This document shows positions 37,241-50,800 of a stretch of 64,000 nt of DNA, in pieces. Position numbers and translations under genes: made by a program. The stretch is from Euglena gracilis (lineage: Eukaryota). The stretch's first letter is position 1. Every line of letters begins with the position of its first letter. The notes below the pieces were generated by a model, which did no database searches, was not told the origin of the DNA, and saw nothing but the letters and a program-made list of their open reading frames with translations. The stretch spans positions 7,752,634 through 7,816,633 of the forward strand of contig CP154954.1 in NCBI GenBank assembly GCA_039621445.1, in the 5' to 3' direction.

Positions 37241-40106
37241 GTTAACCCCCAAGAGCAATCGACCCCAAAAGTACCGCTCAAGCTTCCCCCTGCTCACAAA
37301 TCCGCAGCCCTTGATTGGAGTGTAAGGTAATAGAAGCATTTGTGCGCTTTTGCGGACCGCCGCCTCCAGCGGCGGGGGGTGCGCTTCTACTTGGACCCTG
37401 CCTGCACGATTTTTTTTCTATTGATTTCCTTTAGAAAACCCATCAAAATGGGGGGTGCGCTTGTAGCGGACCGCTGCCTTTGGTGGCGGGGGCTGCGCTT
37501 TTGTTTGGACCCTGCGCTTGTAGCGGCCCCGCGCTTCTATTAGGGGGGAGGGTCACCCCTCCCCTGTGTCCAGTGAACATCCCCTTGCCCAAGAAGGTTT
37601 GAAGGTTTGGCACCTCTCCTCCCAAAGAATGCAAGTATGTCTGTGGGAGTGCTCTCACCCAGCAAGGAACACCCTCCTCGGACCACGTTCAGTAAACTTG
37701 GCCATGGAATCTTGGGGCCAACCTGGTCGGGCCGTGGCCACTGAACGGGGAGGGGGGGAGACATATCATTCCTCTCATACTCATGTTTGTCCAATCAGGG
37801 TGGGAAACAATTGTGGCCCTGAGAGGCCTGAGAGGATTGGCCAGGATGGTGGTTGGATTGGAGTTTTTGTCTGGTTTGAACACCCAGGATTCAGAAGGGG
37901 TGGTACCATGCATAGCATCAGGAAAGGACTTGTGCTCCATCGTGTGTGGGACGCGCATTTGCCTCTCTGGACGTAAAATTCAATCGCAGGTGTGTCTGGG
38001 CAGAGATTTTTTTTTTAAGTTTTGTGAGCCGGGGAGGGGGATGGGATTGGGTCCCGGATGAGCCTCCTCGCCCCCCAGAGGTGGGTTTTTTTTTCTATTT
38101 TCGTTGCGAAGCGCTGAAAATTTTTTGGTCCTCCAAAATTGACCCCCCAAAGTGGGCCCCCCCCCCCCCGAGCCCCACCCCCCCCCCCAGGCGGTGGGTG
38201 GGTGGGTCCCCCCCATATCCTAAAAAACCTCTGGTGTGGGGTATTTCTTCTCTGGAAAGTTTATTTCAAAGTTCAAAACCATATTATTGTTCATTGATAT
38301 TTTTTTTGATTGTGTTCCACATATGGCAAACAGCATATATGATTTGCACCCCACCCCACCTCCCATTTGATTGATTTTTCTTGAATATTTGATTTGGGGT
38401 TCTCCCCCCCAAAGGAGGAGGGGGATCACTGATTGGAAAATGTTTTTACAAGCGATTTTCAAACAATCTCCTCTGATGATGTTGGGGAACTTTTTGGATT
38501 TGGTTTTAAATTGATGCCGCGATTAATTATTATCAAATTTCAGTGATATTTAATTAATAATTATTTTTAACTAATTTATAATAGCGGGACGTTGATTTAA
38601 TGAAGGCGGAGCATCCCACAGCAGATCATCAAGCGAAGTCCGTAGTGTCTATGTCTGACCTGCCCTCCGCTCCGATTGCTCTTTTGTAACACCTTTGCGG
38701 AGTTTGGTATGAAGAGGACCCTCTAAATAGGGTCATTGTTTCTCTTTTTTGTCCAGAAAAGACAAAGGCTTAAACAGAAAAAAGGAAGAAGTTTTTTTTT
38801 TGCAGGATTTTGCCAAAAAAAGTGCCCAAGAATGCATGCATTTCGGCAAAGCCCTGAACGTCCACCGGGGGAGCGCATGTGCTTGCGCATGTGCTTGGCG
38901 GGCACTTGGTGGCAAAGTACACAAGGTAAGACCCGCCAATCTCCCGGACAAAAGGGCCAGAAGCGGACAACAGTGCCAGGCCAGAAGAGGGGATAAAGGG
39001 CACCAAAAAAAAACAGCTGCAGTGCACACAGGGAGCGCAGTTTGTCTGGGGTGGGGGAGAATATTGGGAATTGGGCTGTCCAGTTCAATTCTGGTTGAAG
39101 TTTTTGCGTATTGGCAACATTCTGTTTTTGCATCAGGTCCCGGGATAATCAGAAAAAAGTTTCAGCAAAAACCCAGCCAAAAAATGATTTTTTGGTCATG
39201 CTACCGTTTAGGCGGCAATGCCCCCCCCCCCCCAGCCCGCTAGTTGGGCGGACCCACTTTTACTGTTATTATGTACCCTCTATTCTTGGAACGAATCAAC
39301 CAACAGAGTTTTGATACACATTTTGACAGGGTTTTTGGAACAAAAATGACATTTTATTTGAAACTTTTTTGACATAATTCACAAAACAGCCCAGCTGCAC
39401 CAAATGCCATTTCACCCTCTCAAATCCTCTGTCAAAATTTAAAGAAAGGCGGCAACTTGGTGGGCTCTACTTCTGGTAAACCCCCCCCAATTAGAAGCCC
39501 CCGGGGGGTCACTCTGCGGAAAACCCGGGGGGGGGGGGCTTCTAATTGGGTACCCTTTGTCTAAAGGAAAAACTTCGGCCAGCGGTCGATCCGGGGATCG
39601 AACGGGGTCCAAGTTTAAAAAATTGCAAGACGCATTTATTCTAGTTTTTGGGTGGATAGGCCATGTTTCAAGGATACTAGATATCACTTTTGTTCCCAAT
39701 GTCGACCTTTTTTCGTGGAGAATTTTCGAGTGTTTCACCATTTTCGGAAATTTTTTCGTCAAATTTCCCCCCGGCTTTGCCGGGGGGGGGGGGCTGTTAT
39801 TTGGATTTTTGGCGGGAAACCTGAGGGGGGGGGCTTCTATTTGGGGGGGGGGTTGTTATTTGGGGGGGGGCTTCTAATTGGGGGGGGTTATGTCTCTATT
39901 ACTAGTATTGCCATCAGTATGGCAGTCTCACACCAGTGGGCCCCACGGCGGGGCGGGGGGGGGGGGCGTCACCCACTCTACATCATGCAAATGGGACTGA
40001 TGAGCGATTTTGGCCCATGGCTGGGGGAATTCCGGTCGTTTCTGCTGCGTGGAGGTGGGTGCGGCATATCCTCATGAAAAGGATTGGGGTTAGGATTAAG
40101 ATTAGC

Positions 40107-41567
40107 CAGGGATTCCCTCTGATTCGTGGCACGAATAATCACGAATAATCACGAATCACCACGGATTTCGGGTTTTCCGAAAATCACGAAGAATCATGAA
40201 TATCACGAATAACCACGAATGAGATTTTTTTCCTGGGAATTTTTTTTCTTTACAACTGTAGTCATTCAGCATTCGGAACTGTGTTTTATTTGTTCTTTAG
40301 AAAATGTCTTCTTCGGATTCTGATGATGAGGTTGAGACCGCTTCACTGTTGCGCAACAACTGGCCGTGAGCGACTTTGCTTTCTGCTTTTGTGATGGATC
40401 ATGTTTTCAGCCAAAAAGGGGTTTGTTTGGACAATGGAACGCTCACAATGATGATGCATAGGTACAACGTTGGCAACTTTTTGTACCCCCCCCCCCTTGT
40501 CCAACGCCGGGCTTGTCTGACGACCACCCCCTCCCCCGGTCAGAGATGAACTTTTTGCATACATATGATGTTGGTTCGGCCATAATTGCTAAACGTTGGC
40601 CAAAAACAGTGAAAAATGACCAAAATGACCTAAAGATGGCCAAAAATGCCAACCATAGTCAAGAAATGGCAAGAATGGCCAAAAACAGCCCAAAATGGCC
40701 ATATACCCCCATCTTCGGTCAATTTTCCTCTGACTTGGGGTCCACCTCCCCCTCCCCCCCTTGTCCAATGACCACCCTCCCCCCCCCCTGGTCGGAGATG
40801 AGCATTGGCCATTTAGCGACCCCCCAGGGGGGGGAGGCATTTCCAATCCTAAAAGCATTGTTCTTCCTGCCATGCAGGGCGTAGCTCAAGAAAATTTGAC
40901 CCCGGCCCCCCTCGGGGGGGTCCAGCCAGCCAGCAGCCTTTTTCCAGCCAGCAGCCTTTTTCCGGGACCCTCCCCTCCCCCCCATCGACGAAAAATGGGC
41001 AACATGGCTCAGATTTGGGCTAGCCAGTCGAAAAATCGGCAGCTTTTTTCCAGCCAGCCCAAATTTTCCAGCCTCTGAGCTGGACCACCCCCCCCCCCCC
41101 CGGGGGTCCTTAAGCAACGCCCTGTTGCTAGGGCGGTCCATAAGGGACGGGAAGTTTTTTTTCGTTAAGGACCGCCCCCCGGCCTAAGGGCCGACCAAGG
41201 GCCGGCGAAGGGCGACCAGGGATTTGAAAAGGGGTTCAAAAGTCGAAAAACACACTTATTGACGTTTTGGGTGGATGGACGACAATTCAAGAATGAAATC
41301 ACTTTTTTTCCCCGAAGTCGACCCGTTTTTTTTTGCCAAAATATGGCCACTTTTTGGGACATTTTTCCCTATGGATTTTTCATTGAATGTGTCGGGACGG
41401 GATTTTTTTTTTGCTTAAAGACCGCCCTGCTTCCTGCCGGCATCCCAGCAGTCCATCATTTAGCTGAAAACCGGGCGGATTTTTGGAACCACAAATAATC
41501 ACGAATAATCACGAATAATCACGAATCAGAAATGGCGGTCCCCACCACAAATGGGAGGGAAACCTTG
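40107..41567. mobile_element. Older TIR element (CAGGGATTCCCTC...GAGGGAAACCTTG) with (AATCACGAAT)n subterminal repeats and nested insertions
   Basis: Imperfect TIR and flanking direct repeat GATTAGC (7 bp). Contains the MITE at 40875-41124. Confidence 0.6.
40875..41124. mobile_element. hAT-type MITE (CAGGGCGT(T)GCTTAAG family)
   Basis: TIR CAGGGCGTAGCTCAAG/CTTAAGCAACGCCCTG. Degenerate TSD ctgccatg/ttgctagg. Relatives at 43530-43959 and 61283-61711. Confidence 0.85.
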
Positions 41568-42619
41568 GATTAGCGTTAGGATTTGGATTTTCAGCCAGAA
41601 GTTAGGCCGAAATCCTGAGAAATTGGGCCACATTTTAGCTTTAACCCGCAGCCAAAAAGTATCACTGAATTTCGGCCATAGATTTCAGTCGAAATTGAAA
41701 CCCTGACCATATCCCTCAACCTCATTTTTCTCACTCGGCACATCAGCCCCCCCAAAAAAACGGGTTGTTCCTGGGACTGCCGAAACTTGGGTGTCACTGT
41801 GTAAAACAACAGGGCCCAGACCCCTTGTCATAGAGGACTGCCAAAATTTCAAAAAACACTGTAACAGTGTCAAAAAGTCTCAAAAATTGATTGTTTCAAA
41901 AGCACTGTCAAAAAACCCATTCTCCAGAGTTGCATTTAACAGTTTGTTCCCTGTTTGTCTGTTACCAAACCATGCACTCTTGTCTCCGTTGATCTTTCCC
42001 TCACCCCTTTGCCTCCTCGGAAGCTGACCATTACTTTGTAACTGCAGCTAAATCCCACTCCAGGTGTGAGGGGATTGTGTCTGCACCTATCCCATGCTTC
42101 TGTGTAAAATGACGATGGGCCCAGGGTACTTTGGGACGTATTGAAATTGAGCAGTTATTTCATGTGTGGCATACCAGGCAAAACAGTTAGTGCTGATTTT
42201 TGTTTCAGGCGGGAGATATTCAAGTTGCATTATGCATGCATTGCGAAAATTTGACAAAAAATCGCATTTTTTTTGCAAGTTTCTTTTGCATAATTTGCCC
42301 TTCCAATACTTTGATATTTTGTGGTGGTGGATTACAAGGGAAATCGCTGTTCCACCAGACAGCTGGAAGTTGAATACCAAGTTGGGACCGTTTTTGCATT
42401 AAAAGCCGTTGCCAAATGAAATATGAATGCATGCAATGCGACAAACAGAAGCAAAAAAGGACATTGCTTTTTGAAGAAAAATTCCCCCAAAACGTCAAAA
42501 ATCAGCAGAAAAACAATGCCAAATGAAAACCTGTGCAAACCCGCATAATGTCACCATTGATTCATTTGTCCAACCATGCACCATAATCACTACAGCACAA
42601 GCACATGCTGCATAACTAG

Positions 42620-42738
42620 CAGGGGTTTTCAAAGCCGGAAGGGAGCTGACCCCCCCCCCCCCCTCCAGCCAGCCAGCACCTTTTTCCAGCCGGCCCGCGG
42701 GGCCCCCCCCCCCCCCGGAGTTCTGAAGAAAACCCCTG
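42620..42738. mobile_element. 119-bp hAT-type MITE
   Basis: TIR CAGGGGTTTTC/GAAAACCCCTG. TSD ataactag/ataactaa. Confidence 0.85.
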
Positions 42739-42780
42739 ATAACTAATAATCTTGATGATCACAATGAAGCATTTTCCTCG

Positions 42781-42843
42781 ATGGAGGTGGAAAGAAAATC
42801 CTCCTCTCCTGTCGTCTCCAGCAGAGAAGTGTACGACCCGGAG
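42781..42843 (+). CDS. Tentative upstream exon of the permease (MEVERKSSSPVVSSREVYDPE)
   Basis: Coding-like, GC-rich stretch. It joins in frame to 44820 (DAAPANEDERR) through a putative intron ctc-CTGAAGG...CCTTAG-gaagc with imperfect end pairing. Confidence 0.35.
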
Positions 42844-42991
42844 CTCCTGAAGGACCTTGTTTGGAACTTGCATTTTTTGCATGTTTTTTTTTGCATTTTG
42901 TTTTGCATTGTTTACATTTTCTGTATCGAATATTTTGAGGTGCCTTGTTGCATGTCCCTCTGCCACAGCTTTGGGGTGATTGTATGGGAAG

Positions 42992-43269
42992 CAGGCCATT
43001 GTTTAAGGGTTCGCAGTACCCCCTTGGGGGGGGGGGGCTGGACTGCAGCTAGTCCAAATTTGGCTAGTGGAAATTCTAGTGGACTCCAGGGGGGGGGGAG
43101 TCCGCTAGCAGGGCCAGCTAGTGGAAAAATTTTCCTCCAGAAGCACCGGATTTTTTCATTCACAAAACTTGCCAAAAAATGCCCATTGTTGGTCATTGTT
43201 AGATTTTTGGAACAAAATCAGCCAAAAAACATATTTATAACCTCATTTTCACCTCGGCAGCGCCGGAGA

Positions 43270-43300
<31 letters not shown>

Positions 43301-43433
43301 GTGTTTTTATTTTTTTTTTTTGCTTTTTTTTTTTTCTTGTCCGGTTGGGGGGACGCCCCAGACCGGGGGAGGAAGTCTATTTTTTCCAGTGTCTAACAAA
43401 ATGGCTACCCTGGGGTCTTTAAGCAATGGCCTG
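42992..43433. mobile_element. hAT-type MITE (CAGGCCATTGTTTAA TIR)
   Basis: Perfect 8-bp TSD ATGGGAAG. Body homologous to 31957-32353 and 63170-63626. Confidence 0.92.
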
Positions 43434-44819
43434 ATGGGAAGGCAACTGGTCTGGGAGGAGCCTGGTCACCTGGATCATAGATTCATTTAACGCCGTGTGA
43501 CCCCCGGGGGGGGGGTTCGCGTGTGGGGGCAGGGCGTAACTTAAGAAAATTTGACCCTCTGGGGGGTCCAGCCAGCCAGCAGCCTTTTTCCAGCCCGGGA
43601 CCCCCTCCCTTTCCCCCCTCAACGAGATTTATTTCCAAGCACCCTTCGTTGGCTGGACGGCAACAGATTTTTCGCTTTTGTGGGTCAAAAATGGACAAAA
43701 AATGGGTCAAAAATGGGCGAAGATGGGTCAGATTTGGCTGTCCAGGACATTTTTGGGGTCAAAAAAGTCGATTTTTTTTATAGCTGGCAGTTTTTGGGAC
43801 ATTTTTTTTTTTCACTTTCGATTTTTTTAGTTCCTGGTTCGACCCCTGGTCGGGCCCAGTTCCAGCCCAGGGGGGAGGGGGGTCAGCCAGTTGCCTTTTT
43901 CCACCCAGCCCAAATTTTCCAGCCTCTGAGGTGGACCCCCCCCATAAAAAAACACCCTGGTTGGAGGCCTCTGGACCCCCCCCCCCCCCAGGGGGTGCGC
44001 CATGGGTCAGATTTGGCCGATCTTTTCAGCATTTTTGGCTGATTTAGGCTGGATTTCGGACCTCCCCCAAGGATTTCCCTCAGTCCTAAGGGACACTAAA
44101 TCATTTTTTTTTCCTGCTGACACAATGTCCCATGGCTTTGGCTCTGGGTGGACCACTTTCGGTTTGGTACCAATGGGGTTCGGCCAAACCGCATTCATTT
44201 TTTGAGCTATTTCATCCTCAGAGACCAAAAGTGACCCCTCCGCCCCGTGGAGGAGACAGCTGGGTTTTGAAAAGTGACGTTTTTTTGAAAGGGAAATTGA
44301 CCCCCCCCTTCCCCCCGGGTAAGCAACGCTTTGCAGAGGGTGCCTCCTCCACATGGGTTTCTCCATACCACATGGCCCGGGGGATTTGCAAGGAGGGATG
44401 AGCACCAGGAACTCCATCAAACAAAATCCCAGGTTTCCTCAGCCCCAATGCACACATCTCTCAGAACTGATCATGTCCCCCAGCACACCCAGCAACAAGG
44501 TTGCCTCCGGCATATTTTGAAGATGGTGCCAAAGGAAATCAGTGTTACGAATTGAATGAATGGAATCTCGGCTGGGTGCTCTCTCTGGTGGAAAGTCCTT
44601 GGCCGGGGGGGGGGAGTGAAAGCTGTGTGGCATTGTAGAAGCTCTGTGCTATGATTGTTTGCAAAGGGAGGCCAGGCTTCAAGGGGAACAGGATGAAGGG
44701 GCTGAAAAGGAGGCACAAAAATGGATGGCAGCATCCTGCACAAGGGTTCTTTGCGGACATTTCGGATTGTGCATTGAGGTTGCCATTTTTTTTTGGCCCC
44801 GGAAGCAACCTTAGGAAGC

Positions 44820-47800
44820 GACGCTGCCCCTGCCAATGAAGATGAACGCCGGCTGGCCCAGCTGGGGTACAAGCAGGAGTACACCCGCATCTTCAACACA
44901 TGGACCAACTTCGGGCTCACCACCAGCATGGTCAGCGTTCTGCTGGGCATCGTGCCCTTGTACACTTATTCGCTCCAGACTGGAGGTGTGTCCTCTCTTC
45001 CATCGCTCTCAAGCCCCCCCCCCCCAACGTGCCCAACAAACACTCCCTGTTCGGGCCGCAGCTGTTGTCAGGTGCGTTGCTGGGTGAGGATGGGGCTGTG
45101 GGGGGTGAAAGCCACTGCCTCTTGGGCTGGTGCACTCATTTAACACCTGTGTGAACCCCTCCCCAAAGGGGGTTTCAAGAATGGGTGGGTGGGTTGGGGC
45201 TGCTGGACCCCCCCCCCTGGGGGGCACCATGGGTCACATTTTGGCCCGGCTGAAGGCGAGGCCAGAGAATTTTTTCAAGGGGTTTCGGCCGATTTTGGCT
45301 TGGTATTGGGTGGGTGGGTGGGTGGGTGGGTGGGTGGTTAACCCCCACGGGGGGGGGGGGGGTCATGCGGGTTTGGACCCATGGAAGAATGGAAACCCCC
45401 CGGTCATTAAGCGAATCTGGGTGGAACCCAAAGCGAGCGAACCTTTCAGCGCGAATAATTGGAAGGGAGCTGAATAATGGATCAATTTTCAGCCTTTTTT
45501 TTGCAAAATCCCCCCAGGTGATTGGATCCGGTTTAGTGGTCGGCTGCAGGTGGGGGGGGGTGGCAAAGCCGACGTTGAGTGCATATTTGGCAGTTTGCTT
45601 TTTTTTGGACGCTGCTTTTTTGATTTTGGCGTATTTTAAAAAAAGCAAAAAAAAACGCCTATGAGGTTTTGCATGGAAAATTTTGTGAATGCATATTTTC
45701 AATCATTTTTGGCATCTTCTGGGATCTTTTCTGCCAAAAAAATTCTTTCCACTAAAATGAAAAAAGGCATTTTTTTTTGCCTTTTTGGATGTTCATTCAA
45801 AGTTTGGTTTGCCGAGGTGTGACGTTTCACAACGAGTTTTTTCAAATGAGATTTCATTTTTTTATTTCCTTTTTTTGTTTTTGTTTTTTGGCGTTTTTTT
45901 TTTCAAAAGAAATACGGTGTTTTTTAAAAACATGGTTTTTTTCAAAAAGAATTTGCAAAATGCCAAGCATGATTGAGTGTTAATGACTGATTGGTTTTCT
46001 GAAAAAAGTGAGTGACTGGTGTTTAGAAGAGTGGACGCGACCCCCGCTCCCCCCGGGAGTTGGTAAATAATTGTATAACCCTGAAAGGGTTTCCTTATTT
46101 CTGAACCGGGAGGTATTTTGGCAATTAACCGGGGCATTTTAACAAGGCACTTGGGGCAGTTTTAAATTTGCCCGAGATGGGGTCTGTCTGGTCGGTCGGT
46201 CTGGTGTGTTGGATTGAAGTGCCTGCCCAGACACTCGAGGGCACTCTGAGACCCCCCCCTCGGTGCAGAAGGGATGGGAAGCTTTTTTTCCTTTGAGGAC
46301 CGCCTTTGGGCCTAAGGGATGGCCAATGGCGAATCCGGGGATCGAACGGGGGCAAAAATCAAAATAAATCAAAAGGTCGAAAAACGCGTTTTTTGACGTT
46401 TTGGATGGATGGGCGATGGTTCAAGGATGCCCCTTTATTGCCAAAATACGGCTATTCCTTCGTCCATTTTTTTCATTGACTGTGCTGGGATGGGAAGTTC
46501 TTTTTTTTTTGTCAAGGACCGCCCTGCCCCCCCCCTCTTGGTTCCGGACTTGCCCCCATTGGCACAATTATACAAATCCTTTTTTTTTGAAGATTGCCAC
46601 ATCCCAAAATCCGAACAATATCATTATGACTGGCGCCCAAGTCAAGCAGTCATTCCCCAAAGCATTCCGGGCACAGGCCATGCGTGTGTGTTCCGGGACT
46701 ACCCAGCAACGACCATCAAACGGAAAGTTGCAGGAAAGATTCTGAGAAGGAGACCGAGCTGTGCGAGTCATGGCCAGTTCCCCCCCCCCCCGGACCCCCC
46801 CAGGCCCCCCCCATGACCCCTCCCCCCCCGGACCCCCCCAGGACCCCCCCAGGACCCCTCCCCCCCAGGACCCCCCCAGGACCCCTCCCCCCCAGGACCC
46901 CCCCAGGACCCCCCCAGGACCCCTCCCCCCCAGGACCCCCCCCCCCCACGACCCCCCCGGGGGCGGTACCCACAAGACCCAATAACCATGGCATTCCGGG
47001 GGCCTTAGGCGCACGCTACCGGGGGGGGGGGGGGCTACCGCCCCCCCCCGGACCCCCCGGTCTTCAAAATAGCCTCACCTTGTGGTGCAAAATTTTTGTT
47101 GTGTTGCGTGACCCCCAGGACCCCCAGGACAGGGTCCTGGGGGGGGGAAACTGGCCATAAGTGAGCTGTGCACCATGCTGCCCATTTTTGAAACTTGTTG
47201 GACCTGGGCTGACTTTGGCCAACCCCAGCACCATTTCATTTTTTGCTCATTTCATTTTTTGCTCAGATGTTTTTTTTAAAAAAATCAAAAAAATATAAAT
47301 AGCACATTTTATTGGAGAATCTGAACCAATTGAACCTGAAACAGTATTAAAAAGAGAGAGGGTTCATGTGATACTCAACCCGGTTTGGAATTGCACAAAT
47401 TGCAGTTTTGGAAGGGTTTTTTGAATTTTTAAAGATCTGCCCAAATGTGTCCCCCAAGCAGGGTTTGATATAAGGAGGGCGTACATGGTTTAGGTGGGGG
47501 GGTGTCCCCCCTCCCCCCCCCCCCTCCTGGCCCGCAGGGGGGTCCGGACCCCCCCCCACCTGCCAGGGGGGTCCGGACCGACCCTGGGGGGGGGGTATCC
47601 GAGACCCCCCCCCAAAAAGGGTCAATTTTTCCTCCGGCGCTTTGCGCCGAAAATTTTTTGCATTTTTGGCACATTTTTGCCCAAAAAGTGCCCGAAATGG
47701 CACTTTTGGTCGTTTTGGTCAAATTTTTTCGGCCCGGCGCTTCGCGCCGGGCCGAAATTCGGTCACCCAGACCGCGCCACTGTTTAGGTGGGGGGGTGTG

Positions 47801-50800
47801 CCCCCCCGCGCCCCCCCCCTCCTGGCCCGCAGGGGAGGGGGTCCGGACCCCCCCCCCCCCACCACCTGTCCTTATATCGAACCCTGCCCCCAAGTCCTTT
47901 GGCCCCCAATTTCACATCCCAAAGTGTATTACGGAAGTTGGCTGATTTTTGGACAGAATGCTTCCTGGCTCAAATACACTCAGCCACCTGGTGCTGCCCC
48001 CTCACCTTGTGGTGCTCTTTCCCAACAGGACCGGCCGTGATGCTCTGGAGTTGGGTCGTGATCGGTGTAATGGCCAAATCATTGCTTGGCTCCGCCACTG
48101 TGCTCACACTCACGAACAACAGTTGATGCCAGAAATGTGAGGGAGTCATTTTGGGCTGTTTATCCCAATCACTGTGGATCGCAACACACATTTGATTGTG
48201 GAAATGACTTTGACTTCGAAGAATTCGCATTTTCACCGCCTTTTTAAAAAAAAGATTTTGTCCATTTTTGCTTGTTTGTTTTATGTGTTCAATCAGTTGA
48301 CATTTTCGAAACCAGCAGTTTCCAACACGTGTAAGTTGAAATGGATGGATTTTTGTCCATCCTAGAATTCAAGTTTTAATTGATTGATTGATTAATTTTA
48401 AGGTTTGTTTGTTGGTGGTTTTTTTTGTTTGCAGAACACACATTTTTTGAAGGAAGATTAAACCCCCCCCCCCATTTAAACCGACCCGTCGGTTTAGGAC
48501 TTTTGGGTTGGCGGAAATCCTGGAGGGGGTCGGTTTAGACGGGGGGTCGGTTTCAGGGGGAGCACACGGCTGGCCAACGGCGCGACGGAAGCGGGTTGAT
48601 GTTAGCAAGGCAATTTCAATCGGCAAATGCCCAATTTGGTTGGCCAATGCCTAACTTTGAGTGACAAATGCCTGCAAATTCTTATTTTCGGTGGCAAATG
48701 CTGAATTTTGGGTGTCATATCCAATTTTTGGTGGCAAACTGCCTAATTTTGGGTGCAAACTTCAAATTCTAGATAGCAAATGCCTAATTTTGTAATTTTT
48801 GGGTTCCAACACCAAATTTTCGGAAGAAAATGCCCAATTTGAGGTGCAAACTCCAAAATTTTTGAAGCAAATGCCAAATTTTGGGTGTAAAATCCTAATT
48901 TTGGGTCATCAATACTAATTATTCAATGAGCATGGACGCTCTTTCCGTTGGCGGCTTCCATTATGTTGCGCATGTTTGTTATCCAATTTGCCATGGGTCG
49001 GTTTATTTCTTTTTTTGGTTGAAATTCTGCAATGGGTCGGTTTGGAAGGGTAGGTCGGTTTAGAAGGGGAGTCGGTTTAAATGGGGGGGGGTTTACCCAT
49101 CACCTCGCGGGGGGGGGGGGGGGTTGTGGGCAGGTTTGAAGGGAGGGCATTTTTTCCCCTCGAGGGATGGGTGATAATTTTTATAAACCAGGCTGATTTT
49201 TGGCCATTCATAGTCTTTCTCACGTCACAAATGTATCCAATGAATCTTGTTTTTCATTTGCTTTGTGCACAATTCACAAATTCCAGGGGGGTTATGCGAT
49301 TGGGATCCCCAAAAAGCGTACCAAAACGAAGTCGAAAACTCAAATGATTAATTCGGGGCAGTCTGGATCAGGCTTGATTTATTAAATTTTTACAGTGCTG
49401 TAGGGTGGCTGCTGGCCCCCCGCGGCGGGGGGGTGGTTGACTTGAGTTCCGTCTCGAGGCAATCCAGGCAAATTTCTTTTGCCACCCCCCCCCCCCCTAT
49501 GTCCAACGACCAGTAATCCCTGTTCTCCAACCACTGGGGGGGGGGGGTTGTTAGACACGGGATCCAAGAAAATGCATATAGGTTGGCGAAACCTCCGAAA
49601 AGGTGTCCTCGACAGAGGGGGGGGTCGTTGGACATGGGGGGGGGCAGGTCGTTGGACGTGGGGGTAATGACCATTTTCGGGAAACGCATTTTTGACCCCA
49701 GCTCACACAAGGTCGTTATGGTATTTTCCACCAACTCCGCCACAACAAGCAATGGCATGGCCAGGACACTGTTCGTGGTTTCCTCACTGGCTGAGATCTG
49801 CGCTGCGTATCCCACAACCAGGGTTTCATGGGGATCTTGAACAACCTTGAGGATGGAGGAGGGCTCGACCCCTCCGTGGTGGGTGGGGGGCCGCCCTCTG
49901 CTCGCTGTAATGTTACTGCATTCCACTGCTTTCAGTGCTGGTGATCAGAAATGGATGGATTTCAAGGAACAAGTGACTGGCTGATTCTTTTGAACGTGGG
50001 CGGTGCCCGTCGTAAAGGTGTGGTCCCCCCCCCTAACCTTGCCATGCAGCCCTGCCCGCAATGGGAGCACTGTATTTCTGGGCTTACCGCTTAGGCGGCC
50101 CCGAGTGGGGTCCAGGATGTTTTTTTTTTTGCTTTGATTGCACGCTGGTGTATCCCGGTATCCATGCACGCTGTTATATCCAACCATTTTGATGCACAAA
50201 TTACGCACAAGCAAGATATACAAATGCACCTACCTACCACCCGCCCACCCTTCCACACACACCACTCACACCCACGGCACATGCATGTGCACACACCCGT
50301 TTTCTTTCCACATCTCTTCATAAGTGATCATTAGTTCCAGCCTTTTTTTTAAGTTTTTGGATTGAATCTTTTTTTTTGAGAAAACAATCCTGTTGTGCCC
50401 CTTCTCCGCTTGGACCGCCGGATGGTGTAATTTGTTGGGGCAGATTGGGGGTGTCGCCAGTGGCGGCTATTCCGGCGCTGTGGTCATCGGCGAAATTGTG
50501 CAAATCACAACCGGCATTGCAATGAATCCAGCCCAGATTTTGGGAATTTACGCCGCACCCAAGCCTCTTTTTTTAAAAAAAATATATGCGTTTTTATTGC
50601 ATTCAAAGTGTAGCATTATTTATGCCCCAAAATTTTCAGTACACTGAAAACAAGGCCCAATTAATTGCTAAACAAATTAACCCCCTCAATAAGTGCACAG
50701 TGCCTTTATAAGTGCGCACCCCCAAGGGTCCGAAACCACCTCCCTAAAAAGTGCGCACCCCCCCCCCCCAAAGGAGAAATTACTGTCACATCTCAGGTCA

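Noticed and set aside
38600-38689. Short ORF MKAEHPTADHQAKSVVSMSDLPS after an AT-rich tract as the first permease exon
   Set aside because: Plausible, but no convincing paired or GT-AG junction to downstream exons was found.
40343-40480. VPMHHHCERSI as a transposase C-terminal motif
   Set aside because: Too short and degenerate to assign without a profile search.
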